From assembly GCF_001435975.1 (NCBI RefSeq), contig NZ_AYYR01000022.1:1-24000 (forward strand): DNA of 24,000 nucleotides, given 5' to 3'. The notes beneath the pieces are model-generated. The model saw nothing but the letters and a program-made list of their open reading frames with translations. It searched no databases and was not told where the DNA came from. A program made the translations under genes and the position numbers. Shown here one piece after another: positions 1-7,889 of this stretch. How positions within the stretch are numbered: the first letter of the stretch is position 1; every line of letters starts with the position of its first letter. This DNA is from Secundilactobacillus collinoides DSM 20515 = JCM 1123. Its GTDB lineage: Bacteria > Bacillota > Bacilli > Lactobacillales > Lactobacillaceae.

Positions 1-40
1 AAAATATGCCCTGTGATACCAAGGGATCAGTCTGTCTTCA

Positions 41-69
41 TACTTTCAAGTTTCAGATAATGATATAAT
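41..69 (+). promoter_or_regulatory. Candidate sigma-A promoter with an extended -10 box upstream of the MazG-like gene
   Basis: TGaTATAAT at 61-69 is a perfect TGnTATAAT extended -10. There is no good -35 (TACTTT at 41-46). It lies ~120 nt upstream of the ATG at 188. Confidence 0.35.
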
Positions 70-187
70 TAATGAAAAAGAAAAATGATGATTTTATCTG
101 TACCATACACTAAAGATAGAACAAGAAATGCAGGGTGCCTGCAATACTTTTTACATTAAAAAAGTAATAATAGGTGAGGTTTTAAAG

Positions 188-511
188 ATGGAATATGAAG
201 AAGTTATTCAAGCGTTAGTTGATTTTAGAAACAAAAAGCAGTGGCAAGAATATCACACATTTCCTGCATTGGCGCGCGCTTTATCAGTCGAAGCGACAGA
301 GGTCAATCAATTGTTTTTATGGCAAGATAAAAGGCCTGACGAAGAACTATTACAAAATCAACAACTCGTACAAAATTTAAAGATGGAGTTGGCTGACACT
401 TTAACCTATGCATACTATATGTGTGAAAAATTAGGAGTGGAACCCAACGATGTCGTGACCGAAAAGCTGGAAATTAATAAAAAGAGACATTGGAAATTCG
501 ATAAAGAATGA
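188..511 (+). CDS. MazG-like / DCTPP1 (RS21-C6)-like all-alpha NTP pyrophosphohydrolase, 107 aa
   Basis: I chose the internal ATG at 188, preceded by GGTGAGG, over the ORF-track start at 128. The EXXE-x28-EXXD metal-binding signature is intact (EATE ... ELAD). The segment FRNKKQWQEYHTFPALARALSVEATEVNQLFLWQ resembles the DCTPP1 core (F..ER.W.QFH.PRNL.LAL.GEVGEL.ELFQWK). The size is typical of the family. Confidence 0.8.
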   Translation: MEYEEVIQALVDFRNKKQWQEYHTFPALARALSVEATEVNQLFLWQDKRPDEELLQNQQLVQNLKMELADTLTYAYYMCEKLGVEPNDVVTEKLEINKKRHWKFDKE

Positions 512-571
512 TAATGGATAATCTAACGAGACTCTTCTCTTAATAGTAACGTGGACAGGTGGCAAATCAGA

Positions 572-2326
572 ATGACAAGCATAAATCAACCAATAATTAA
601 AAAAATACCGTATGGGAAAGATTGTCTTAAAAAAATCAACGAGAAGAACAATCAGGCCGTCGAAACATACATCCTGAATTTTCCAACTGTATATATCGTG
701 AGCCAGAATACGACTAAAGCTGGAACAACAGCCGCCAAATATGAAGTGTATGTTGGAGAGACAAACGATATTAATCAAAGAACGGATCAGCATTTAAATA
801 CGGATGTGAAACCAAATAATTCTTGGGACAAATTTCTTAAAAACTCGAATAGCAATCTTTACATTATTGGTCATGATCACTTTAATAAGTCGCTAACCAT
901 GGATGTTGAGAATCGTTTAATGCTTTATTTAAGTAGTGTACCCAATGTTATAAAAGTAGATAATCGAAGAGAAAACGAGCAAAATCATTATTTTCCAGAA
1001 AAAGAAGCCTCACTTATATTTTCAAAAATTTGGGCGAAACTTCAGCAGGACAACAGCACCTTATTTCCGGTTGAATCAGTTATTAGAGATTCTGCAATTT
1101 TTAAGGCATCTCCATTTCATAAGCTAACAGATGAACAATTTCAGGCTCAGGGGAAAATAATAAACTGCATTCATAAAGCTATGCAGAATGAGACTGAAAA
1201 CCAGTTAATTCTGATCGAAGGAGCTGCAGGTACTGGTAAAACTGTGCTCTTGAGCACCATTTTCTATGCTGTGAGTCAAATTAAAAAGAATAATAGTCAC
1301 AACCAGACTGAATCAGTCTCAACTAGTCTTTTAGTCAATCAAAATGAACAGTTAAAGGTTTACAATGACATTGCTCAAAAACTCGGAATTGAAAAGAAAA
1401 AGGGAGAGGCTGTGATGAAGCCAGCCACTTTTATTCATAATTTTGAAAAAAAAGGTGAAGCGAAGTAACAAGCATTAGTGGACGTTGCACTTGTAGACGA
1501 AGCCCATCTACTATGGACACAAGGGACTCAGGGGTATAGCGGCGAAAACGAGCTGGCAGATATTCGGAAACATTCGAAGATTACATTAGCGATATTTGAT
1601 CCGCAACAAGTTTTGAGTAATAAAGGCTATATTGAATCAGAGGATTTTGAAAATGCTAGAGAAGAATCTAAGCGACAAAATAATTATATTACTCTAAAAA
1701 AGCAAATGCGTATTCAAGCATCTAAAGAGACTGTTGACTGGATAACAAATTTTGTCTATAAAGGAGAAGTAAGGCCATTCAAAAAAGACGAAATTTACAG
1801 TTTGAAAATATTTGATGATGCTGAAGCAATGCATCAAGCAATTAAAAATCAAAATACAGATTTTGAGAATAGCGGCCTATCCAGATTGGTAGCAACTTTT
1901 GATTGGGCATATACTGATGGGAAAAAGAATAATAACAGAGCTGATGGTAGATGGGTGGTAAACGCAGGAAACCTAACGTTACCTTGGAACAGCACAAAAG
2001 GGCAACTTCCTTGGGCTGAACGACCAGAAACAATTGATGAAATCGGATCAACGTTTACTATCCAGGGATTTGATCTTAATTATTGTGGGGTTATACTGGG
2101 ACCATCAGTTACATATCGGAAGGGTAAAGTTCAAATCATTTCCAAGAATAGCCAAGACAGTCATGCGACTGATAGAAGAATGTTAAAGTCGGGTGAATAC
2201 AAAGACGTCAGCAATGAACTATTATTGAACCAGTTGAATGTATTGATGACTAGGGGCGTGCATGGGCTATACATTTATGCGGTAGATGATGAGTTGAGAA
2301 AAGAATTGCATGCTCGTTGTGACTAA
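572..2326 (+). pseudogene. GIY-YIG nuclease domain + DUF2075-type P-loop NTPase/helicase-like protein, interrupted by one in-frame TAA (1466-1468)
   Basis: ORFs 551..1468 and 1478..2326 share a frame (1478-551=927, divisible by 3), separated only by TAA plus 3 sense codons (..KKGEAK*QALVDVALVDEAH..). N-terminal GIY-YIG-like motif: YIVSQ...YEVYVGETNDINQRTDQH. Walker A (GAAGTGKT) lies in the first half and Walker B/DEAH (LVDEAHLLW) at the start of the second. The C-terminal part is typical of DUF2075 (FTIQGFDLNYCGVILGP ... LNVLMTRGVHGLYIY). Likely start is ATG 572, preceded by AGGTGG. No usable RBS precedes GTG 1478. Confidence 0.8.
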
Positions 2327-2338
2327 GGAGTAGTTATT

Positions 2339-2770
2339 ATGAAACATCCAAAAAGTTATGACTCTGACAATTCAACTAGACAGCGAATGTCTAACGTACA
2401 TCTTAAGGGAGGCAAGGGGGAACAAATCTTAGCTAAAGCACTATGGCAAAACGGATACCGATATCGTAAGAACGACAAGTCATTGCCGGGTTCTCCAGAT
2501 ATTGCAGTTTTGAAATATCATCTTGCCATTTTTGTTGATGGTGAGTTTTGGCATGGGTATGACTGGGAAAATCGGAAAAAACGATTAAAAAGAAATAGAG
2601 ACTATTGGATCAAAAAAATAGAAGAAAACATGGCTCGGGATCAAAGAGACGATGCGTTATTGATTGAAAAGGGATGGCAACCAATTCATTTTTGGGAAAA
2701 AAAAGTTTTGAAAAATACTGATTATTGTGTTTCTCTCGTAGATTACTATGTAAGGTCGGAAAATCGTTGA
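2339..2770 (+). CDS. vsr: Very-short-patch repair endonuclease (T:G mismatch endonuclease), 143 aa
   Basis: Family hallmarks: RQRMSNVHLKGGKGEQILAKALWQNGYRYRKNDKSLPGSPDIAV...AIFVDGEFWHG. AAGGAG RBS at 2325-2330 lies 8 nt before the ATG. The gene starts 12 nt after the DUF2075 stop, so it is probably co-transcribed. Confidence 0.9.
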   Translation: MKHPKSYDSDNSTRQRMSNVHLKGGKGEQILAKALWQNGYRYRKNDKSLPGSPDIAVLKYHLAIFVDGEFWHGYDWENRKKRLKRNRDYWIKKIEENMARDQRDDALLIEKGWQPIHFWEKKVLKNTDYCVSLVDYYVRSENR

Positions 2771-2792
2771 ACTAGAGATGCAAAATTCAATA

Positions 2793-2801
2793 TGGTATAA
2801 T
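2793..2801 (+). promoter_or_regulatory. Possible upstream promoter (extended -10 TGgTATAAT) in the vsr-methylase spacer
   Basis: TGGTATAAT at 2793-2801. No convincing -35. It would form a tandem promoter with the one at 2840-2868. Confidence 0.3.
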
Positions 2802-2839
2802 TCGAACATACATTCGTCTAAACTATATCAAAGTAAAAG

Positions 2840-2868
2840 TTGATCAATTTTCATTTTTCTAGTATAAT
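2840..2868 (+). promoter_or_regulatory. Near-consensus sigma-A promoter for the methyltransferase gene
   Basis: TTGATC (2840-2845), a 17-nt spacer, then TATAAT (2863-2868). It sits ~35 nt upstream of the GTG start at 2904. Confidence 0.7.
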
Positions 2869-2903
2869 GGCAAAAGTAAGTATTTGGCGAGGAGAGAAAG
2901 TAA

Positions 2904-4166
2904 GTGAAAAAAAGAGTAGCTGAGTTATTCGCTGGTGTGGGCGGTTTTCGAGTTGGTATGGATAAACTCGATACTGGTTGGAATTTTGTATATGCTAATC
3001 AGTGGGAACCAGGTAGAAAAGCCCAATATGCTTTTGATAATTATGTAAAGCATTATGGTAAAAGTGAAAATAATACAAATGTAGATATCAATAAAGTTGA
3101 TAAAACAACAATTCCTGACATAGACTTATTGGTTGGGGGATTTCCTTGCCAAGACTATTCGGTTGCACATTCTGGAGCTAAGGGTATCGAAGGGAAAAAG
3201 GGTGTTTTATGGTGGGATATTCGTGACACGATTGAAGCAAAAAATCCACCTTTTGTATTACTCGAAAATGTTGATCGATTATTGTCATCTCCAGGGAAAA
3301 AACAGCGTGGACGCGATTTTGGTATGATTTTGTACACGCTTCACCAGCTAGGATATGACGCGCAGTGGCAGATGGTGAATGCTGCTGAATATGGATTCCC
3401 TCAAAGAAGAAGACGGGTCTTTATTGTTGCATACCGAAATGATACTAACTATGCTAAATCTATTAGTGATAAACGGTGCTTAAACGAGGCCTTAGTAAAA
3501 GATGGTATTATTAACAACACACTGAACATTGATCCTAACCTCACCCGTAATAAGGAAGCAAGGCTTGACGGTTTTATTGATATAGTAGATTTCTCAGATA
3601 ATTTTTCCTTCCACTTTGAAAATACCGGAATCACACGTGGAGATGATATTTTCAGTGCACACTATGAGCCTAAGTACGATGGCAATTATACGGTGTTAAA
3701 TGACATTGTTTTAGACCATGCTGACGATGAAAAACTGTATCTGGACGATGCTAAAACTAAGAAGTTTGAGTATCTTAAAGGTGCTAAAAAAGAAGAACGA
3801 ACTTCGAGCACAGGCTTTTCATATTACTATACCGAGGGCGGTATGTCCTTTCCTGACCCGCTGGATCGACCTGGACGGACAATGTTAACTTCAGAACATT
3901 CAGTGAATAGAAGCACCCACGTCGTTCGTGATAAAGAGAATAACAAACTTAGACTTTTAGATCCAATTGAAGCCGAACGATTACAAATGTTTCCAGATAA
4001 TTGGACAGAAGGAATGCCAAAAAGTTCAAGGTACTTCATGATGGGAAACGCTCTGGTAACCGGCGTCATAACAGAAATTGGTCGTAGTTTGGATAAAATA
4101 TTTGCAAATGAGCCTGACGACCTTACTCTAAATGAGACACTTAGTGCAAATCATGTGGCCCACTAA
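2904..4166 (+). CDS. DNA (cytosine-5)-methyltransferase, M.Sau3AI-like (predicted GATC -> GATm5C), 420 aa
   Basis: m5C-MTase motifs in canonical order: I FAGVGGF, IV GGFPCQDYS, VI ENV, VIII QRRRRVFIV, X GNALV. Long stretches match my recollection of M.Sau3AI (ANQWEP.RK, GKKGVLWW, ENVDRLL.SP..QRGRDF, TEGGMS, RTMLTSE.S.NRSTH, PIEAERL..FPDNWTEGMP). GTG start with a GAGGAG RBS. Confidence 0.9.
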   Translation: MKKRVAELFAGVGGFRVGMDKLDTGWNFVYANQWEPGRKAQYAFDNYVKHYGKSENNTNVDINKVDKTTIPDIDLLVGGFPCQDYSVAHSGAKGIEGKKGVLWWDIRDTIEAKNPPFVLLENVDRLLSSPGKKQRGRDFGMILYTLHQLGYDAQWQMVNAAEYGFPQRRRRVFIVAYRNDTNYAKSISDKRCLNEALVKDGIINNTLNIDPNLTRNKEARLDGFIDIVDFSDNFSFHFENTGITRGDDIFSAHYEPKYDGNYTVLNDIVLDHADDEKLYLDDAKTKKFEYLKGAKKEERTSSTGFSYYYTEGGMSFPDPLDRPGRTMLTSEHSVNRSTHVVRDKENNKLRLLDPIEAERLQMFPDNWTEGMPKSSRYFMMGNALVTGVITEIGRSLDKIFANEPDDLTLNETLSANHVAH

Positions 4167-4175
4167 ATTATATAT

Positions 4176-4225
4176 AAAAACTGTGATATTCGATTTTGCT
4201 GATTATTGAATATTACAGTTTTTTT
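4176..4225 (+). terminator. Rho-independent terminator after the methyltransferase gene
   Basis: An 11-bp stem (4181-4191 pairs with 4208-4218, one G:U), a 16-nt loop, then T7 at 4219-4225. An A-run precedes it. Confidence 0.8.
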
Positions 4226-4259
4226 GCACATTAGTATAGTTAGATAATGCTATAAACAA

Positions 4260-4289
4260 TTGAAATGTACCTGCTAAGTTAAGTATAAT
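4260..4289 (+). promoter_or_regulatory. Sigma-A promoter for the restriction endonuclease gene
   Basis: TTGAAA (4260-4265), an 18-nt spacer, then TATAAT (4284-4289). AGGGGG RBS lies just before the TTG start at 4314. Confidence 0.65.
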
Positions 4290-4313
4290 GACAATAACGC
4301 AGGGGGTATTGCA

Positions 4314-5786
4314 TTGAAATCAGATTATGATAGTAAAGAAAAAGTTCACAAACGAGCTGAGGAAATCTTGGGTATTCCTTTTGGTGAATTAGCAAAAGAT
4401 GTCAACTCAAAAAAGACCAAGAACAGTGTTGGAGATCTCTTTGAGTCATGGTTCGGTAAAGCCAGAGATTCCGCTAGCGAACCTGATTTAGGGGTGTCTG
4501 AATTGAAAGCAACACCATATATTAAACGTAAGGGTGGGCAGTATAGCGCTAAAGAAAGACTCGTTCTCAATATCATCAATTATCAGAACCTAGCTGATGA
4601 GGAATTTGAGACGAGTCATTTTTACCATAAAAACAAAGTTATTGAATTGGCATTTTATGAATATATTAAGGATAAACCACGATCTGAATGGACTTTTAGT
4701 GAAGTGGCTTTGTTTGAAATGGCGAAAAACCCTACAGATTACGCAATCATTCGAAACGATTGGGATAAGATTCAAAGATACGTTAAGGAGGGGCATGCCG
4801 AGAATCTAACGGAAAGTTTGACTGATTACCTGGCGGCTTGTACTAAGGGTGCTAACGCACAAAGTTTAAGGACTCAACCTTATTCGGATGTTAAGGCTAA
4901 GCAACGTGCCTTTTCTTTGAAGACAAGTTATATGACCCAATTACTCAGAGAATATATTCTTGGAGACAAAAAATCCGATTTTATCTTAAAGAACTCACGA
5001 GAGGCTGCAGACAAATCCTTGGCAGATGTTCTAATTGAAAAATTGTCACCATACTTTGGTCAAAACTCGATTGATATATGCACAGAGTTAGGCGTTAAAA
5101 TTAGGCCCGGTATTAAAAATTATAATAGTTTATTAATTCGCGCCATGCTTGGTTTTGACACTAGCAAAAAATCTGGGCTTGATAACATTTCTGAGTTAAA
5201 TAAGGCTTCCTACTTGATTAAAACTGTTCAATTTGATTATGCAGGTACAAACAGTGAGAGCATGTCTTTTCCGTCATTTAAGTTTAAGGATTTAGTTCAA
5301 GAACAGTGGAAAGATGAAGATAATAATCCATCTGCTAAATTGAATATTCTAATGTCTGAAAGTACATTTGTTTTTGCGATATTCCAGCATAGTTCCGTAG
5401 ATAATGAAGAGTCAGATAATGTGTTTAAGGGAATCAAATTCTATAAAATGCCTCAGGCCATTATTAATAATGAAATTTACTGTGTCTGGCAAGATACTAT
5501 TGACACATTAAACGAAGGCGTGAAGCTTTGGCGTGACGGCCGCGGAATTCGAAATAATTTTGTTAACGCGGGTGATCAACGTGTTATTCACGTTAGACCT
5601 CATGCAGGTTATGCTAGTTATATCGATAATGGGTACGCTAATGAATTACCTGTGCCTTCTAGGTGGTTGGGCGACGAAAAGGACAAACCGAGACAGTTTT
5701 CATCACAGTATATGACCAATCAATGCTTCTTTTTGAATAACAAATTTATTCGTGATATTGTTAGAGATTTGGTTCAGATTCATTAA
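4314..5786 (+). CDS. Type II restriction endonuclease, Sau3AI family (tandem MutH-like domains; predicted GATC), 490 aa
   Basis: Length matches Sau3AI (~489 aa). The N-terminal half matches my recollection of Sau3AI (SVGD.FE.WFGK..DS...PD, ELKATP, KERLVLNIINY, IELAFYEY, CTKGANA.SLR.QPYSD.KAKQRAFSLK). The C-terminal half also matches (ESMSF.FKF..L..E.W, FKGIKF..MP, NNFV, HVRPH). It is adjacent to an M.Sau3AI-like gene. Confidence 0.88.
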   Translation: MKSDYDSKEKVHKRAEEILGIPFGELAKDVNSKKTKNSVGDLFESWFGKARDSASEPDLGVSELKATPYIKRKGGQYSAKERLVLNIINYQNLADEEFETSHFYHKNKVIELAFYEYIKDKPRSEWTFSEVALFEMAKNPTDYAIIRNDWDKIQRYVKEGHAENLTESLTDYLAACTKGANAQSLRTQPYSDVKAKQRAFSLKTSYMTQLLREYILGDKKSDFILKNSREAADKSLADVLIEKLSPYFGQNSIDICTELGVKIRPGIKNYNSLLIRAMLGFDTSKKSGLDNISELNKASYLIKTVQFDYAGTNSESMSFPSFKFKDLVQEQWKDEDNNPSAKLNILMSESTFVFAIFQHSSVDNEESDNVFKGIKFYKMPQAIINNEIYCVWQDTIDTLNEGVKLWRDGRGIRNNFVNAGDQRVIHVRPHAGYASYIDNGYANELPVPSRWLGDEKDKPRQFSSQYMTNQCFFLNNKFIRDIVRDLVQIH

Positions 5787-6136
5787 TATACGTCTTTTTG
5801 GACAGGTATTAGTTAAAAATAAGAAAATCGCGACAAAAATTGTGTTGGTTTATAATCTTTTTTAGATACACATACTTAAATCATACTCAAAAAATGTATC
5901 TTATGATTTAAAAACATCTCTACCATTTAAAATCGGTTTCTGTCTTGATTTTTAGTGCATAGAAGAGAAAATATTCGGAAGTGTTGAATTGTTAAAAACA
6001 ATTAGATCAAATCCAATAAAATATACAAAAAGACCGAACAATATTATTGACTTAACTTTTTTTTAGATTGCAAATTGTACTGAAAACAAAGAATAATTGC
6101 ATACTAAAAAAGAAAACGCTTACTGGAGGGCTAATC

Positions 6137-7878
6137 TTGGTAGTAATTCCACCTAAAATGACTGATCATAATAAAATTGTAAATATGCGACGGCAATTGG
6201 CACAAATAGTTGCTAGTTACCATAATGATTATGATGTTTTGGCTGAAATTTTACAGAATGCGGTTGATTCAGTTAAACTGAGATTGGAAGAAAAAAGAAA
6301 GGGTATCAACCCAAAATATTAATTCAGTTTAATTCTGATAATGAAGAAATTAAAGTTACCGATAATGGGGTAGGAATGAATAGTGAACTACTTTCCGATG
6401 CAGTCCAGCTTTTTGAAACTGGTAAAAAGGAAGACGATAATTCAGTTGGGGAGAAGGGAGTTGGACTAACATTCTCAATATTTCAGAGTGATTTTGCTGA
6501 AATAGATAGTTTTGACGGGACAGAAAAATCCAGGCTTGTTGTGAAGAATGCAAGAAAATGGTCAAAAAGTACTACTGATGAATCATTAGACTTACCAATC
6601 GATACAGACACTGAAATTAAAAAGCGTGGGACCACGGTTATTTTAGGGCAATTAATGGCAGGGGATTTATTTAATTTAACCTTTAAGTAGTTGTAATTTT
6701 TAATTCGTACTAGAACTTCAATTGGTGATACGAAAAGAATGATGGGACCAAAAGGAAACCTCCCCAATGTACATGTAGAATTGACCTATATCAATAGTTA
6801 TCAGGTCAAAAATGCAATTTCAAAAGAAATTAAATTTGAATATTACTGGTTAGACGATATTAAAGAGCCCAATCCTAATTTGATTGTCAGTTTGGAGAAT
6901 TTTAAAAGAATTTTCAAAAAAGAAGGAACTAACCAACGAGACTATGAAAAAATGGCCTATTTAAAAAATCGGTACGTAACGGATAAAGGCCGTTTGACAA
7001 TTAACAATAAAAAGGTTGCGTATGTTGTCTATTTTGCTTCTTCAGCTGATAGTAATGAAAAACAATCAGAACAGGCAGATTTAATAAATTCAAAAGACCG
7101 TACAATAGTGAAGGTTGAACCTAATTATGTAAAAATTCAAAACGGCGTTACTTTGAGTGTAAAAGGAATGCCTACTGGAATAGAAATTAGTACAGATCAA
7201 CTCAAAGGTGCACTTGGTTACGCTCGCAGGATGTTTATGCTTATTGAAGATGCAGGTGTAAACTTTGATATCGGAAGAAAAACTATTTCGTCAGGTCCCA
7301 CTCTAAAACGATATAAAGAGGTAGCAAGCGATGAATATAGAAAGTATTTGGATAATGTAATGCCTTGGGTGAAGGATGAAAGAGCAAGAGTACCGCAGAA
7401 CGAAACCAAGGATGTTACATTTAATAAGCTCCGTGAGTGTCCAAAGATGATGTATGCTGAGAATACTGATTTTATAATAAAGCCAAGGCAAGAAGAATCG
7501 GTTACTGGTATCTTCTTTGAACAGCTAGGTAAAGGAAAATTTCCGGGAGTTGCAGTATATGAACATGGCTATGCAAATATCTATGATTTATATTTTGCTT
7601 TTCAAGATGGAGACAAAGTTATTGAATTTAAGCAAAGAATAGCAAGCTTTTTAAAGAATCTATCAGCTAATAATAAAAATTGGAATGAAATTGATTATCT
7701 TGTAATGTTTGAACTGAAAGATAAAGATAAACAGGATTTACAAAAAAAACATATAATTATTGAAAGTGTAAAGCCAACTATTAACAATCTACATGCAACG
7801 TATACGTTGTATCGTGGTAACGACATAAGAACGATACAATTAATCGAGTTGAAAAATATCATATCCATGAAAATATAA
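6137..7878 (+). pseudogene. GHKL (Bergerat-fold, MutL/MORC/HATPase_c_3-like) ATPase with a possible C-terminal PD-(D/E)xK-like module; disrupted by a -1 frameshift and two in-frame stops
   Basis: Three ORF fragments (6068..6322 in frame 2; 6376..6690 and 6739..7878 in frame 1). Motif I is EILQNAVDS in fragment 1. Reading frame 1 back from 6376 gives ..KKKGYQPKILIQFNSDNEEIKVTDNGVGM (motif II DNGVGM), so the frame switch falls in the A-rich run at 6288-6300, consistent with loss of one A. Motif III is GEKGVGLTF. In-frame TAG at 6688-6690 and TAA at 6694-6696. C-terminal pattern: EESVTG...IYD-x12-EFK. Likely start is TTG 6137 (GGAGGG RBS at 6125-6130) or ATG 6158. Confidence 0.75.
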
Positions 7879-7889
7879 AAAGTCCGGAT

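Noticed and set aside
431-793. A 120-aa minus-strand ORF spanning the MazG/DUF2075 junction. Many other antisense or embedded ORFs of 60-120 aa appear in the track (e.g. 1842-2051, 3133-3337, 3449-3634, 3827-4069, 4346-4809, 6356-6767, 7218-7491, 8094-8698, 9918-10151, 12589-13136, 14323-14520, 14791-16028, 16593-19749, 20420-21025, 21844-22353, 22571-23515).
   Set aside because: They lie entirely within, or antisense to, much longer ORFs that have clear family motifs. They have low-complexity or odd composition, no RBS that I could find, and no recognisable motifs. They are typical shadow ORFs.
1478-2326. Treating 1478..2326 as an independent gene starting at GTG 1478.
   Set aside because: It is in the same frame as 551..1468 and separated from it only by TAA plus three sense codons. 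The nearest purine-rich RBS-like element (AAGGTGAAG at 1449-1457) is ~20 nt away. A Walker B domain without its Walker A is not a sensible stand-alone protein.
6068-6136. ORF-track start (TTG 6068) for the first GHKL fragment, giving the N-terminal extension MQIVLKTKNNCILKKKTLTGGLI.
   Set aside because: The extension is low-complexity. GGAGGG at 6125-6130 is well placed for TTG 6137, and ATG 6158 is also possible. The upstream start has no RBS.
7879-7889. An 11-bp gap between the convergent GHKL and HNH stop codons with no hairpin (only the TCCGGA hexamer). This could imply antisense transcriptional interference.
   Set aside because: There is no structural signal to evaluate from sequence alone. 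The GHKL gene is a pseudogene, so any regulatory meaning is speculative.
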